A DNA stretch of 64,000 bases, from the NCBI GenBank assembly GCA_040386955.1, contig JAZKER010000043.1:1847-65846 (forward strand). Direction: 5' to 3'. Made by a program: the position numbers and the translations under genes. Under the pieces are notes generated by a model. The model saw only the letters and a list, made by a program, of their open reading frames with translations, searched no databases and was not told the origin of the DNA. This document shows, piece by piece, positions 1 through 10,599 of the stretch (positions are counted from its first letter, which is position 1; each line of letters begins with the position of its first letter). Source of the DNA: Verrucomicrobiota bacterium. GTDB lineage: Bacteria; Verrucomicrobiota; Verrucomicrobiia; Verrucomicrobiales; Verrucomicrobiaceae.

Positions 1-245
1 CGGAACTCGCAGTGGGCGAAGGCTTGGTCGAAGTGACCGGTTCCACCACCCGCGTGCTGACGGACATGGCCCTCAGCAGCGATGAGATTGATGAAAAGGC
101 GGTCGAAGAAGCCATGGAGCGCGCCAAGCACTCCCTGGAAAGCCTGAAGCATGGCGAACAGCAGGAAGAAGTGGCCGCCGTCATGGCCATGATCCAGCGC
201 AGCGCCGCCCAGCTTCAACTCAAGCGCAAGCGCAAGACCATCTAA
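1..245 (+). CDS. atpC: F0F1 ATP synthase epsilon subunit, C-terminal part (5' end outside window)
   Basis: The frame is open from the window edge; the M at 12 in the track is an internal GTG. The helical C-terminal pattern LVEVTGSTTRVLTDMALSSDEIDEKAVEEAMERAKHSL...AAQLQLKRK resembles the epsilon C-terminal hairpin. A hairpin terminator follows. Confidence 0.8.
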   Translation, partial: ELAVGEGLVEVTGSTTRVLTDMALSSDEIDEKAVEEAMERAKHSLESLKHGEQQEEVAAVMAMIQRSAAQLQLKRKRKTI

Positions 246-258
246 GTTCGACTCTTTT

Positions 259-296
259 AAAACCCTTGGATGCCATTTGGTATCCAAGGGTTTTTT
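259..296 (+). terminator. Rho-independent terminator after atpC
   Basis: Stem cccttgga (263-270) pairs with tccaaggg (283-290) and is followed by tttttt (291-296). Confidence 0.75.
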
Positions 297-655
297 ATTG
301 GGCGCTCAGGGACACCGTGCAGGGAAGATCGGCTTTTGCGAGTTGTGAGAGAGAATGCCTGCACGGACCATTCAGAATGCGCCAATCCATGAACACATTC
401 TCTGCCAGAATGACGAATTCGCAGAGCGGGCCGAGCCGAGGTTTTTCAGAACTTCAGCTTGGCAAAAACCGCCACAGCTGACCCGCATCATTGCATCGGG
501 TCGGTAGAGGCCCTTCGGGTCTGCCGACGCTATCCGCGCATGACTCCATGCTAAGATGATCTGACTCCAATGAGTTTGTCTCTTTGGCTTGCCGTAAGCA
601 GCCAAGGGCATTCACAAAAGGGGCAGGGGAGAGGCTCTCAAACGAGGTGTTCGGC

Positions 656-1576
656 CTACTTCTTGGGCGCTGGGCGCGGCTGTTTGGGATAACCTTCCAG
701 TTTTACCAGGCTCAATTGGTTTTCTGTCGGAAAGTCTGCAGGCACATCTGCGGTGGCCTTCACCTCTCCTGTGGCCACCCATTCGGTGCCTCGCTGGAAG
801 GTTTCGTAAAATCCACGGCACAGCATGGAGTAGTCTGCATGGCCCAGCGTGGTGTGAAACACGCGGCCCTGGCCATAACTGAGCACCATCAGGTTGGGCT
901 CCTGTTCCGCCGTCAGGTCAGACTTGGCGCTGGCCAGGATCTGGATGTTTTCTGCGGGGCCGCGCAGACGGCTGTAAAGTTCGTCTTGGGCATGCAGCCA
1001 GCGCTTGGGCAGCCCCCGGGTGATGGGGTGCTCCGCATTCTGCAACTCGACGACGAATTCATGCTGCGGGCCATGGGCACCTCCTTTGCCGGCGCTGGTG
1101 TCGCGAAACAGCTTGCCGTCCTTGACATAGATCCATGGACCTGAAACTTCATCACGGCCACCCCAGCCGCCGACTCCAATCATTTGGTTATACTCTTTCC
1201 ATTCGGGGAACGAATTGTTGGCCGCGTGTACGGAGACAAAGCCGCCGCCACCTTTGACATAGGCATCAAAGGCCGTCCGCACAGCCTCTGGCCAGGGCTC
1301 GCCGTTGTAGTTGCTGACCACGGCGGCGTAACTCGTGAAATCAGGTTTCCAGCCTGCCCAGGCGTCCTGGGCCGCACCTTTGGGCGGTGCTGTGGAGACG
1401 GTCACTTCGAAGGCCCCGCTGCTTTCCAAGGCATCCTTGAGTACCGGGGTGGTGATGTCCCACTTATGGTTATTCTGCCCGTCCACGATGAGGATCTTTA
1501 GCTTCGCACTCGAAGCTCCAAAAGCGGTCCAAAGGGCGAGGCTTAACACCAGCAAAGTCGGGAACAGGGATTTCAT
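656..1576 (-). CDS. ThuA-domain (trehalose-utilisation-like) secreted protein
   Basis: Likely start is MKSLFPTLLVLSLALWTAFGA, a signal peptide; the ORF extends to 1612. ThuA-like blocks: KILIVDGQNNHKW, YVKGGGGFVSVHAANNSFPEWKEYNQMIG, GRVFHTTLGH. Confidence 0.8.
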   Translation of the reverse strand: MKSLFPTLLVLSLALWTAFGASSAKLKILIVDGQNNHKWDITTPVLKDALESSGAFEVTVSTAPPKGAAQDAWAGWKPDFTSYAAVVSNYNGEPWPEAVRTAFDAYVKGGGGFVSVHAANNSFPEWKEYNQMIGVGGWGGRDEVSGPWIYVKDGKLFRDTSAGKGGAHGPQHEFVVELQNAEHPITRGLPKRWLHAQDELYSRLRGPAENIQILASAKSDLTAEQEPNLMVLSYGQGRVFHTTLGHADYSMLCRGFYETFQRGTEWVATGEVKATADVPADFPTENQLSLVKLEGYPKQPRPAPKK

Positions 1577-1683
1577 GCCTGCTTTTAAGCCTGCGGCAGG
1601 GCCTTCAGGCAAGAAAAAACCATCCGCTGCGCTTTTATGAGCCCGGTAATTTAAAGGGGTGGGCCAGCTTCATTCTAGACAAC

Positions 1684-1721
1684 AAAAAACCGCCAGGAGC
1701 ACCCCAAGACTCCAGGCGGTT
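1684..1721 (-). terminator. Probable intrinsic terminator after the response-regulator gene
   Basis: On the minus strand, aaccgcc...ggcggtt arms are followed by a T-run (plus-strand aaaaaa at 1684-1689). The loop is long, so confidence is moderate. Confidence 0.45.
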
Positions 1722-1748
1722 GATGAGGGGATGTCAGCGGTTGAGATC

Positions 1749-2387
1749 CTATTTCTCCACCCAGCGGACAGCTTCCATCAGCAGTTCGCGGGCTGAGGCA
1801 AGGCCCAGCTTCTGACGGATGTTGGCCTTGTGGGCGTCCACCGTTTTGGCGCTGAGCTGCAGTTTTTCGGCGATTTCGTGGGAGTCGAAACCACGGCCGA
1901 CCATCTCGAAGACTTCGAGCTGACGGTCGCTGAGCATGCGTCCTGGTTCACCGCGGGAGCCGGAGCGAGGACCGCCACCGGAGACGATGCTGCCCAGAAG
2001 GTTGGCACTGAAGAAGAAGCCGCCACCGAGCACCTGGCGCACGGCCTGGAGCACACGGACAGCGCTTTCGCCTTTCATGATGTAGCCCATCGCGCCGGCA
2101 CGGAGGCAGCGTTCGGCATACACGTTTTCGTCATGCATGGAATACACCAGGACATGAATTTCTGGGTGGCTCTGCTTGAGCTTTTTCACCAGATCCACAC
2201 CGCTGCGGTCCTTCAGCGTGATGTCCAGAATGATCACATCAGGCTTGAGTTTAGGGATTTGCAGGAGGGCGGTATTGGCGTCTTCGGAACTGCCAACAAT
2301 CTGAAGGTCTTCCTGGTTCTCCAGGATTTTCTTCAGACCTTCGATCACGATCGGATGATCATCGAGGATGTAGAGTTTGTATTTCAC
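1749..2387 (-). CDS. Response regulator, NarL/LuxR family (REC + LuxR HTH)
   Basis: Receiver motifs DVIILDITL and MHDE. C-terminal HTH: LSDRQLEVFEMVGRGFDSHEIAEKLQLSAKTVDAHKANIRQKLG. It overlaps the upstream kinase gene by 4 nt. Confidence 0.9.
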   Translation of the reverse strand: MKYKLYILDDHPIVIEGLKKILENQEDLQIVGSSEDANTALLQIPKLKPDVIILDITLKDRSGVDLVKKLKQSHPEIHVLVYSMHDENVYAERCLRAGAMGYIMKGESAVRVLQAVRQVLGGGFFFSANLLGSIVSGGGPRSGSRGEPGRMLSDRQLEVFEMVGRGFDSHEIAEKLQLSAKTVDAHKANIRQKLGLASARELLMEAVRWVEK

Positions 2388-4741
2388 GGTTTGTATTTTG
2401 GCTTGTGGTTTGGTTTTGTCGTCGCTTGGGGTGGCCCCTCACCAGGTGGCAGGGGAAATTTGCAGGTGACACTGACGCCTCCTTCGGGCGGGCAGTTCAC
2501 GGAAAAGTCGGCATGGATCAGCGTTGCACGGTAGTGCATCACTCGCAGCCCGATCCCTTCAAAGCCTGGACGGCAGTCAAAGGAGCGGCCGTCATTGAAG
2601 ATCTCCATCTCGGCATGGCCAGTGTCGGCTTGGCGCAGGCTGATGGCGATGTGCGTGGGGTTGCCATGCCGGATGGCGTTGTTGATGGATTCCTGGGCAA
2701 TGCGGAAGAGGTGGCTGCTGAGGGCGGAGTCTGTGACCTTTAGCTCCAGATCTGCCGTAAAGGTGCATTCACGGCGGAAGCTGGTCCGCACCGTGTCCGC
2801 CAGCAGTTCCAGGGAGGCGGCCAGATCCCGATGCTGAATCGCTGTGGGGGACATGTTGCGGGAAAGCTGCCGCACTTGCTGGATGGCTTGCCGCACCAGT
2901 TCACGGATGCGTGCCGCCTCAGATTCTTCGCTGCCTTTCAGTCGCATCTGCAACATTTCGACCAGTGCCCCGATGCCCGTCAGCAGCTGCCCCACCCCGT
3001 CATGAAGATCATGGCCGATGCGGGCCTGCTCCTGCTCAATGGCCTCCATCAGATGATGCTGCAGGCGCTGCTGCTCCGTGATGTCAATCGCGGTGATGAT
3101 GAACCCTTCGATCTGCTGGTCCGCATTGCGCGTGGCCGTGTTGTGCACCTGGATGATTCGCAGGTCTCCTGCCTTCGTCCGTGCCCTGGAGATTGCGGTG
3201 ACACGTGGCGCACCTTCCAGGAGTTTTTTCAGGCGCTCTTTCGCCCGGGGCATCTCTTCGGCATCCACCAGCCCGCTTTCCCAGATGGTCTTGCCTGCCA
3301 GTTCCTTGGCGGAATAGCCGGATATTTTTTCCACGGCCGGGTTCACTTTTAGGATGCGGCCTTCCAGATCCACCAGCCCAATCATTGCCGCTGATTCGCG
3401 CACCAGCGTGTCATTGAGTTGCGACTGCCTTTTCAGCTCCTGCTCGGCCTGACGGCGTGCGCTGATATCGGTGAAAATGATGATGCCCTGGCCGCTTTCA
3501 TGGGCAGTGTCTGGCAGGAAGGTCACGGCCGCATGCGCATACAGGCATTTGCCTTCACGGCGCTTCAGGGTGATCTCGATCTCCCTTCGTGGTTTCACGT
3601 TGGCTTCCACCACCTGCTTCCAGAAGTCTTCTTCCGGCCGATTTTGTCCGTCCAGCAGGTCTGGAATGCGCATCTGCGTGAGCTGCTTGTCCGTGTACCC
3701 CAGCATGTGACGAAGGGCGGAGTTGACCTTGGTAATGAGGAGCGTTGTATCAAAGACGGCCACTCCTGAGGGGTTGTTTTCAAAGAGGCCCCGATAATAG
3801 GCCGCCTGCCTGCGGGTAAATTCTTCGGCGGCCAGCTGCTCACGAATGTCGCGTGTGGTTACCAGCACCCTGTCTCCTGGCAGCCGGCGCAAGACCACCT
3901 CCACCTTGTGTTTGCCGCCGTCCTTTTGCAGGTGCGAACCTCGGATGGTGACTTTCTGACAGGTCTTGGGAAGGGTGGGCTCCGTCTTTTTCCCGAGATC
4001 CATTTGCACCACGTGCTTGATGGATCGCCCATGCAGCTCAGCCTGCGTGTAGCCCAGGGTATCCAGCGCTCCCTGGTTGGCGAAGAGGATGCGCCACTTT
4101 TCATCCACCAGAAAGATCCCGTCCACCCACTCCTCCACCAGAGTGCGACATAGGGCATTGAGGGAGGCTTCATTTCTCAGTGCCTGAGTGGAGAGGGCCA
4201 GGGGGGTGATTACCTGCACTAGCCCGATCGCCCTCGTCATCGTTCCCTGGGCATTTCGTCGCAGGGCCCTCCAGTCATGCTGGATCCACTCCCAGCGTCC
4301 ATCCTTGCAGGCCACCCGCATTTGCACCGTGACAGTCTCAGTCTGCCCGCTCGCCAGGGATTCGCGGCCTATGCGCACCCGTTCCAGATCATCGGGATGG
4401 ACCAGAGAGTCCCACCCCTCTGGCAAGGCCTGGATTTCTTCAGGGGCATATCCATAAATGCCCGCCAGCCTATCTCCATTCTCGATCAGCTTCTGACTGT
4501 CGAAATCATAGATGTAGGCCACCCGTTCTTCGATCCCATCAATCCAGGCATTGCACAGCGGTTCAGCATTTTGCTCATCCTGCAAAGGGGATCGGCTGGT
4601 ACGACCCTGGCGGCGTTCGATCTTGTGTAGAAGCAGCAGTTCTTCCGCCTCCACAGAACCGGGCTTCCCAGCTGAAGACACACTCTCCGATCGATCTTGA
4701 GGATCTCGAAGAATATAGTTTTGCTGGGGGTTGAGGCTCAC
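2384..4741 (-). CDS. Multi-PAS sensor histidine kinase (HisKA_3 / HATPase)
   Basis: Several PAS-like segments. H-box RIGHDLHDGVGQLLTG is typical of NarX/DegS-type kinases. ATPase C-terminus: SINNAIRHG...GIGLRVMHYR. Confidence 0.85.
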   Translation of the reverse strand: MSLNPQQNYILRDPQDRSESVSSAGKPGSVEAEELLLLHKIERRQGRTSRSPLQDEQNAEPLCNAWIDGIEERVAYIYDFDSQKLIENGDRLAGIYGYAPEEIQALPEGWDSLVHPDDLERVRIGRESLASGQTETVTVQMRVACKDGRWEWIQHDWRALRRNAQGTMTRAIGLVQVITPLALSTQALRNEASLNALCRTLVEEWVDGIFLVDEKWRILFANQGALDTLGYTQAELHGRSIKHVVQMDLGKKTEPTLPKTCQKVTIRGSHLQKDGGKHKVEVVLRRLPGDRVLVTTRDIREQLAAEEFTRRQAAYYRGLFENNPSGVAVFDTTLLITKVNSALRHMLGYTDKQLTQMRIPDLLDGQNRPEEDFWKQVVEANVKPRREIEITLKRREGKCLYAHAAVTFLPDTAHESGQGIIIFTDISARRQAEQELKRQSQLNDTLVRESAAMIGLVDLEGRILKVNPAVEKISGYSAKELAGKTIWESGLVDAEEMPRAKERLKKLLEGAPRVTAISRARTKAGDLRIIQVHNTATRNADQQIEGFIITAIDITEQQRLQHHLMEAIEQEQARIGHDLHDGVGQLLTGIGALVEMLQMRLKGSEESEAARIRELVRQAIQQVRQLSRNMSPTAIQHRDLAASLELLADTVRTSFRRECTFTADLELKVTDSALSSHLFRIAQESINNAIRHGNPTHIAISLRQADTGHAEMEIFNDGRSFDCRPGFEGIGLRVMHYRATLIHADFSVNCPPEGGVSVTCKFPLPPGEGPPQATTKPNHKPKYKP

Positions 4742-5112
4742 TTTTTCAGTAAGAAATATCTGCGTTTTTAAAATTCAAATAGCACCCTTAGGAAAGCTGA
4801 TATTGGGCTAGGTGCAATTCTTTTTTCTAAATGCGCATGAAGTCCCTGCAAAAAGCATTCCCTAAGCCGTCGTCTCGACAGTAAGCTTTCTTATTCAAAA
4901 CCTCCCTGGGAAATACCGAGGTGGATGGAATACGAATACGTTTCTGCTTGTCCTGTCGCTGCCTTTTTCCTTCTTCTGTTTGGGGCGGTGCAATCGTACG
5001 CTTGCTTTGCACCAGTACGTTGATTTCCAGGGGGGATCGGTAATTTTAACCTTGGCTCCATGGCCGTAGGCCATAATCGGGGTTCTGATCGGAATCAATT
5101 TTGAGAATCAAC

Positions 5113-5517
5113 TCAGTCGTCTTTTTCTCGTCTTTTCAGGGCAATACGCTGAATTCCCTTCCTTAGAACAGGCACTTGAAAATTCACGATCAATCCTGTC
5201 TTCAGGCCGCTGAGTTTAAGCCATGTTTCCATACTGCGACGGTCCATGTCTGTCATCTCGTCGCTGGCCAGCACCCGCACCAGCAGGCTCTGGTCAATCA
5301 CAAAATCCAGGCATGCAGCCGCCAGGATCTGCTGCCCGCGATACATAAAGTTCAGGGGCTTTCGCCGTTCAAACGGGATCTCAAGACTCCTCAGTTCCAC
5401 GGCGAGGCACTCTTCGTAAGCATCCCTCGTCAGTCCAGTCCCCAGGGTCGCATGCACCTGCATGCAGGCGCGGATAACAATGTGAGGCAGGTCTTGAGCG
5501 TCCAGGATTGCAGTCAT
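5113..5517 (-). CDS. GxxExxY family protein (PD-(D/E)XK-like)
   Basis: GTGLTRDAYEECLAVELRSLEIPFERRKPLNFMYRGQQI matches the family signature. Size is about 130 aa. AT-rich spacers flank the gene. Confidence 0.8.
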   Translation of the reverse strand: MTAILDAQDLPHIVIRACMQVHATLGTGLTRDAYEECLAVELRSLEIPFERRKPLNFMYRGQQILAAACLDFVIDQSLLVRVLASDEMTDMDRRSMETWLKLSGLKTGLIVNFQVPVLRKGIQRIALKRREKDD

Positions 5518-5750
5518 AGGTCAGGGGCGGGCCGTCATGAAGTTCAAGGAAGAAGGGATAAGAAAGAGGGCGGCCCATGCCAGGGCAGAGATTCCACCCT
5601 GCCATCGCGCAAAGCTATGGAACCCCCTCCTGCCTGTCAAAGTTTCCACCCCTTTATTTTCCACTCGTCCCGCTTCATCTTTCGACGGCTCATCGTCGGT
5701 CTCATTTTGAGCTTTGAACTTTGCCCAAGGATCTCTAAAACTCATCTGTC

Positions 5751-6386
5751 ATGCCAAAAAACAGTCTTTCCAAAGAAGAAGTCAAATCCATGCTCCTGCT
5801 TGCCTGTGAGCGCATCATCGCGGCCGAGCCAGAGCTTTCAGAAGCAGACCGCAATCTTGGCGATGGCGACCATGGGCTGGGCATGGAGCGTGGCATGAAA
5901 GCCGCCACCGAGAAGCTTCTGTCTGGAGAGGTGGAGTCTGTTGAAAAGGCATTCTCCTCCGTCGGCATGGCCATGATGAGCAGCATGGGGGGGGCCTCCG
6001 GTGCCATTTTTGGGACCTTTTTCCGCAATGGCGGCAAGGCTCTCAATGGCCAGGAGACTTTCGATGCCGCCGCCCTCGCCGTCTTTTTACAGGCGGGTGT
6101 GGAGGGGGTGAAACAGCGCGGTGGCGCTGCGGTGGGTGACAAAACCGTGGTGGATGCCATGCAGCCAGCCGCAGACAAGGCTGCCGAGGTCACAGATCAG
6201 CCGTTGGCCGAAGCCTTGAGCGCGGTCCATGACGCATCTCTGGCAGGTCTGGAAGCCAGCAAAAGCATGATCGCCAAATTTGGCCGCGCTAAAACCCTCG
6301 GCGAAGCCTGCCTGGGTTTCCCGGATGCCGGGGCCCTTTCCGTCACCGTCATCCTCGGGGCGATGAAGGACTATGTGAATGCGTAG
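5751..6386 (+). CDS. DhaL/DAK2-domain protein (dihydroxyacetone kinase L-subunit-like), stand-alone
   Basis: NLGDGDHGLGMERG motif and an all-helical protein of about 210 aa. No DhaK or DhaM partner is present in the window. Confidence 0.75.
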   Translation: MPKNSLSKEEVKSMLLLACERIIAAEPELSEADRNLGDGDHGLGMERGMKAATEKLLSGEVESVEKAFSSVGMAMMSSMGGASGAIFGTFFRNGGKALNGQETFDAAALAVFLQAGVEGVKQRGGAAVGDKTVVDAMQPAADKAAEVTDQPLAEALSAVHDASLAGLEASKSMIAKFGRAKTLGEACLGFPDAGALSVTVILGAMKDYVNA

Positions 6387-6392
6387 GCTTTG

Positions 6393-8984
6393 TTACGGGG
6401 GCCAGTTGCGCAGCATCTCATGCCCTTCGCGAAAGCGGGGGGCCAGCATCAGGGCGTCGAGAAGATGTTTTTTGGCGAGCGCGCGGTCCTGAGTGATCAG
6501 CAGTTTGGCCAGGCGGTAATGCGTCTGTGCAGCACCTGCGGGATCTAGCAGCAGCACACGGCGGTAGGCTGCGGTGGCTTCTTCCGTCTGCCCCTGGGCT
6601 TCGGCTGCTTCCGCGAGAGCTTGCTGCGGTGTGCGGAGGAAGGGATTCAGCGCCAGGGCCTGTCGCGCCAGTGTCTGCAGGGAAGCCCAGTCCTTGCGGC
6701 TGCGATCCTCCTCAATCAAACGCAGGAAAACAGGCAGGGCGCTGCTCTCATGGACGGCGATGTGGCGCAGCACCTGCAGTTCCTCATCTTTTCGTTCCAG
6801 CTTCCGCAGTGCTGCGGCCTTGATCTGGTAGCCGCTTTCAGCACCGGTGTCTTCTGGCACCAGCAGAATAAGTTGTTCGGCCGTTTTGAGGGCCTCCTCC
6901 CACTTTTCCTCCTGCATCATCAGTTCGGCATACTGGCGTGTGGCTGGCAAGTTGGAGGGATGCTTGGCCCTGTAGGTCGCCAGGGAGTCGCGGTCCAGCG
7001 GATTGAGTTCTTCCGGACCGGGTTTCTCCCAGTCCGCCAGGGCTCCAAATTGCTTCAAGGCCTGCTCTTTCAGATATGCTTCAAAGTCTTTTTCCAGTTT
7101 CCCGATGTCCGCAGTATTGGCGGCGAGGGCCTCATTGATGCGTTTACCTGTAGCCAGATCGTTGAGAATGCGCTGAAGCGATTCCGGGCCGAAGCGCTCC
7201 AACAGCCAGGCCACCACCTGGCTGGATTGAAAGTAGGCAAACATCAGGTGGTCCTCATCCTTGGCGTTTAGAAAGGCGCTGGTCAGCTGTCCCACCGGTG
7301 TGATGGCCTCCTCCTCCAGGATCATCTGGCGAAACTGCGCATTCATCTTCATGCCCCAGGCCGGGTTTTGGAGGCTCTCTTCATGCACGCTGATGCCCTC
7401 GCTCAGCCAGCGGGGCATCTTGTTTCGGGTGAGGGTCAACGTGACGACATGGCAGAACTCATGCCAGAGGGTGGACTCCCAGTTGTTCCTCCCATGGGCC
7501 AGGCTTCCGGGGCTGTTCATGGTGATGACGGTACCAAAGCACACGCCTAGCAACCCCTGTCCGCCCAGGCTGCCAAAGGTGCGGATGGCAAAGTCCTGCT
7601 GGGCTCCAAAAAATTCGACCATCACCGGTCGCTTCAGTTCCAGCCCATACTTGGGGCAGAGCACTGACTTGGCCTCCCGCAGCAAGGCCAGCGCGCGCTC
7701 ACCATAGATGGGCCAGTCGCGCTTGGGCATTTTCAAAATGAAGTCATCATAGCTCTTCGTTACGTAGCCATTCATCTCCTTTTCCAGGAGGCCAATGTTG
7801 TGGGCCTGGATGTTGTAGCCGTCCTGTTCGCGGATCTCGGCAGCCAGTTTCCACGCCTCCTCTTCCTCTCCCAGGCGCAGCAGGTCATGGCAGAGCTGCA
7901 CCTTTGCAGGCAGAAAACCGGGGGTGAACTCGAGGGCCTTGCGCTGGTGTGCCTGACCTTCGGCAAAGCGGTAAGCCCGTGAAATCACCCGGCCAAGAAT
8001 ATGATCCACCTGCGGGTTTCGCGACCAGCGTTCCAGCCCCTGTTCCCGCGCCGCTGTGACCTTGGCTTCACCTGCCGCACTGAGGTGTGCCACCGCAGCG
8101 CGCAGGGCCCAGGCCTCGGGGCAGTTTTCCCGCACATCCAGGACCTTTTGGATCGCGGCCTCGGCCTCCATGAATTTCTCGGCGCCGATAAGCAGCTCCG
8201 CCTGCATGAGGTACGGCTCAGCCAGCACCGGATTCAGCTCCAGTGCCCGGGTGATGTTTTCCATCTGTTTTTCCCGGTCGCTGCTGGCAAAGGCCTGTGC
8301 CAGCCCGGCGCGCAGCCGGGCCGTCTCCCCATGCGCCTTCAGTCCGGCACGGAAGACATCAGCAGCGCGTGCATCATCCTCCTTGGTCAGGGCCAGATGG
8401 CCCTCCGCCAGATAGGCGCTTTCCAGCTTGGGATCCTTCTTCTGCGCTACCTTGAAATACTGCTCGATCACCTTTTTTGCATCCGCTCCGAGGGTCAAGG
8501 CAGCCTGTCCCAGCGACACCCACTCCTGCGCACTGCGTTCCTTGGGCTGCTTGGCCTTGGCGGCGGCATTCACGGCGGCAAGCGCTTGGTCGGCGATGTC
8601 CTGCCTCCCCAGCCGCTGGGCGTTTTCATACTGCAGCATCAGCAGTTCCAGGTTTTCAGGGAAGGTCTTGATGGCCAGTTGCACCTCATCTCGGGCGGTT
8701 TCCTCCTGGCCCTGATACATCAGCGCCTGCACCCGTATCAACCGCCATTCAGGGGCCTTCATACCGCGCTGGATGGCCGCCTCGCAGATGCGCCCGCAGA
8801 GCTCGTATTCCCCTTTGGCCAGCATCTGCGCCACAGGTGCCAGATTGCGATCCTCAAACAGCCGGTCGAGATCCAGCTCCTGCGCCCGTGAGGGTAGCAA
8901 TAGCGAGCAACCGGCGGCGATCAGAAGGAGAGTACGGCAGCGCATGGCAGTAGGCACAGCACAGAACGTGCGCAGCCGGGGCAT
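6393..8984 (-). CDS. Secreted TPR-repeat protein with embedded zincin (HExxH) peptidase-MA-like domain
   Basis: Signal-like N-terminus. Long TPR-like helical repeats on both sides of WHEFCHVVT...WLSEGISVHEE (HExxH plus a downstream E). Confidence 0.6.
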   Translation of the reverse strand: MPRLRTFCAVPTAMRCRTLLLIAAGCSLLLPSRAQELDLDRLFEDRNLAPVAQMLAKGEYELCGRICEAAIQRGMKAPEWRLIRVQALMYQGQEETARDEVQLAIKTFPENLELLMLQYENAQRLGRQDIADQALAAVNAAAKAKQPKERSAQEWVSLGQAALTLGADAKKVIEQYFKVAQKKDPKLESAYLAEGHLALTKEDDARAADVFRAGLKAHGETARLRAGLAQAFASSDREKQMENITRALELNPVLAEPYLMQAELLIGAEKFMEAEAAIQKVLDVRENCPEAWALRAAVAHLSAAGEAKVTAAREQGLERWSRNPQVDHILGRVISRAYRFAEGQAHQRKALEFTPGFLPAKVQLCHDLLRLGEEEEAWKLAAEIREQDGYNIQAHNIGLLEKEMNGYVTKSYDDFILKMPKRDWPIYGERALALLREAKSVLCPKYGLELKRPVMVEFFGAQQDFAIRTFGSLGGQGLLGVCFGTVITMNSPGSLAHGRNNWESTLWHEFCHVVTLTLTRNKMPRWLSEGISVHEESLQNPAWGMKMNAQFRQMILEEEAITPVGQLTSAFLNAKDEDHLMFAYFQSSQVVAWLLERFGPESLQRILNDLATGKRINEALAANTADIGKLEKDFEAYLKEQALKQFGALADWEKPGPEELNPLDRDSLATYRAKHPSNLPATRQYAELMMQEEKWEEALKTAEQLILLVPEDTGAESGYQIKAAALRKLERKDEELQVLRHIAVHESSALPVFLRLIEEDRSRKDWASLQTLARQALALNPFLRTPQQALAEAAEAQGQTEEATAAYRRVLLLDPAGAAQTHYRLAKLLITQDRALAKKHLLDALMLAPRFREGHEMLRNWPP

Positions 8985-9034
8985 TCCTGCGGGAATCCTC
9001 CGCGGGGCTCAGGCTTCGATGTCTTCTGCCCGCC

Positions 9035-10000
9035 TTATTTCAGCGCCGGAATATTGGCCGCGTCATGCAGGGCTTTCATTTCGGCATCGCTTAGCGCCCG
9101 GTTAAAAACCGCCAGCCCGCCGAATTTGCCGATAGTCGCCTCGCCCAGCATGGAGCCCACCGCGTAGCGTGCACCCACGGTGAAATCAGACCCCACACCA
9201 GATTTGGAGCCGGCATGTTTGGCTGCATCGTATTTGAAAATGCCACGCCCGTGATAGTAAGGGTTCATGCCGCGGTCTTTGCCATCGGGGCCTCCCTGGG
9301 TGAAATAGGGATCGCTGCGCTTATCCTTCACCGGGTCCAGTTTGCGCTCATCCAGCACTCCGTTGATGTAGGCACGGATGAATTTGGAATCATAGGTGAA
9401 GGCCAGGGTGCACCACTGCTCCTCAGGCACTTCCTGTTTGGTTGCCGCATAGTCGGCACACCAGGGAAAGGCGCTGCCGTCAGCCCGGCGGGTCACGCCC
9501 CCCTCACTGGAAATATGGGGCACAAGCTGGCGCGGGCCCCCATAGGTAGGCATGTTCATCAGCAGCGCATACTGGCGGGTGCCGCTGTCGTCATTGGCCC
9601 CTTTGCCTTCGCTCCACATGCCGGCGATGGTACGGCTCTGTTTCAGATTCACGATGCGGACGACGGCAAACAGGCTCACCTGGGCCTCTGGCCCGGAAAT
9701 GTTCAGGTCTCCCGTTTCTGCATAGGGGATGCTGAAATACTGTTTTCCATTCAAGTCGGCCGAGTAACCGGAAAAGGGCCCGCCTTCAGCCCGGGCGATG
9801 GGGCCACCGATCTCCTTCAGAGGGTGCGCCTGGGCTGTGCCAGTAGAGACGCGGGGCGTTCCAGGGGCTTCCCCGAAAGTCCAGAAAGCCACCAGGCCTG
9901 GCATCTGGGTCACCGCCTGGGAATCGCCTGCGGGCTGCGCCAGGGAAAGGGCAGGGAAGGACAGGACCAAAAGAAAATGGGGAATGCATTTCATACGCAT
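9035..10000 (-). CDS. Secreted LamG / concanavalin-A-like lectin domain protein
   Basis: Signal peptide [21 protein letters not shown]. LamG-like blocks: [15 protein letters not shown]...SLFAVVRI...WCTLAFTYD...IRAYINGVL...[16 protein letters not shown]. Confidence 0.6.
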   Translation of the reverse strand: MRMKCIPHFLLVLSFPALSLAQPAGDSQAVTQMPGLVAFWTFGEAPGTPRVSTGTAQAHPLKEIGGPIARAEGGPFSGYSADLNGKQYFSIPYAETGDLNISGPEAQVSLFAVVRIVNLKQSRTIAGMWSEGKGANDDSGTRQYALLMNMPTYGGPRQLVPHISSEGGVTRRADGSAFPWCADYAATKQEVPEEQWCTLAFTYDSKFIRAYINGVLDERKLDPVKDKRSDPYFTQGGPDGKDRGMNPYYHGRGIFKYDAAKHAGSKSGVGSDFTVGARYAVGSMLGEATIGKFGGLAVFNRALSDAEMKALHDAANIPALK

Positions 10001-10044
10001 TCCCCATCAGTCAGTTCGAGTCCTGAATCGGACAATGAATTTTT

Positions 10045-10551
10045 TCAGCGGCCAAAGTCGCTGATAGGCAGCAACTCGGTGGAGATCGGAGACAGATTTC
10101 CAGAGGAGGCCGCGAGTTCGTCACCTTCAAAATGGCGGCTCAGCAGGATACCTTCGATTTCCAAGGTCTGATCCTGCGGAAGAGCCTCCTTGATCAGTTC
10201 GCTGTCCACTGCAAAAGAAGGCCGATTTTGTAGAACAGAAGGCATGGGGCCATCCGCTGCGAGGGCGAATTGAGCCCCTTGTTGGGAGGTGGAACCAATG
10301 ACGCCCAAAGTGCCCCAGGCCGCCACGATGGCGAAGGCTGCCGTCGCCGTGGCGGTGGCCCATTTTGGCGAAATCACGTCGCTAAAAAAGGTGTTCACAC
10401 GCTCCCAGAGAAGACCCCGGGCAGACTGGCGCAGCAATTCCGAACGCTGGCGTTCGCGGAACTGGGTCACAAAATCTTCCACAAAATCATCACCAGGAGT
10501 CTCATACTGTTTCAGACGAAGCAGCCTTTGGATGTTTTCGAATTCGTTCAT
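10045..10551 (-). CDS. Putative anti-sigma factor (single-pass membrane protein)
   Basis: Lies immediately downstream of the ECF sigma gene. Short cytoplasmic N-domain, one TM segment (ATATAAFAIVAAWGTLGVIG), and no recognisable enzymatic motif. Confidence 0.45.
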   Translation of the reverse strand: MNEFENIQRLLRLKQYETPGDDFVEDFVTQFRERQRSELLRQSARGLLWERVNTFFSDVISPKWATATATAAFAIVAAWGTLGVIGSTSQQGAQFALAADGPMPSVLQNRPSFAVDSELIKEALPQDQTLEIEGILLSRHFEGDELAASSGNLSPISTELLPISDFGR

Positions 10552-10599
10552 GGTATTGCGTCGGAGTTGTATCAGGAGGTATTGTTAGCAGGAACTGTG

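Noticed and set aside
5521-5745. 74-aa minus-strand ORF between the DhaL-like and GxxExxY genes
   Set aside because: It has no motif and no ribosome-binding context that I can see. It fills a divergent promoter region. A small membrane protein is possible but unsupported.
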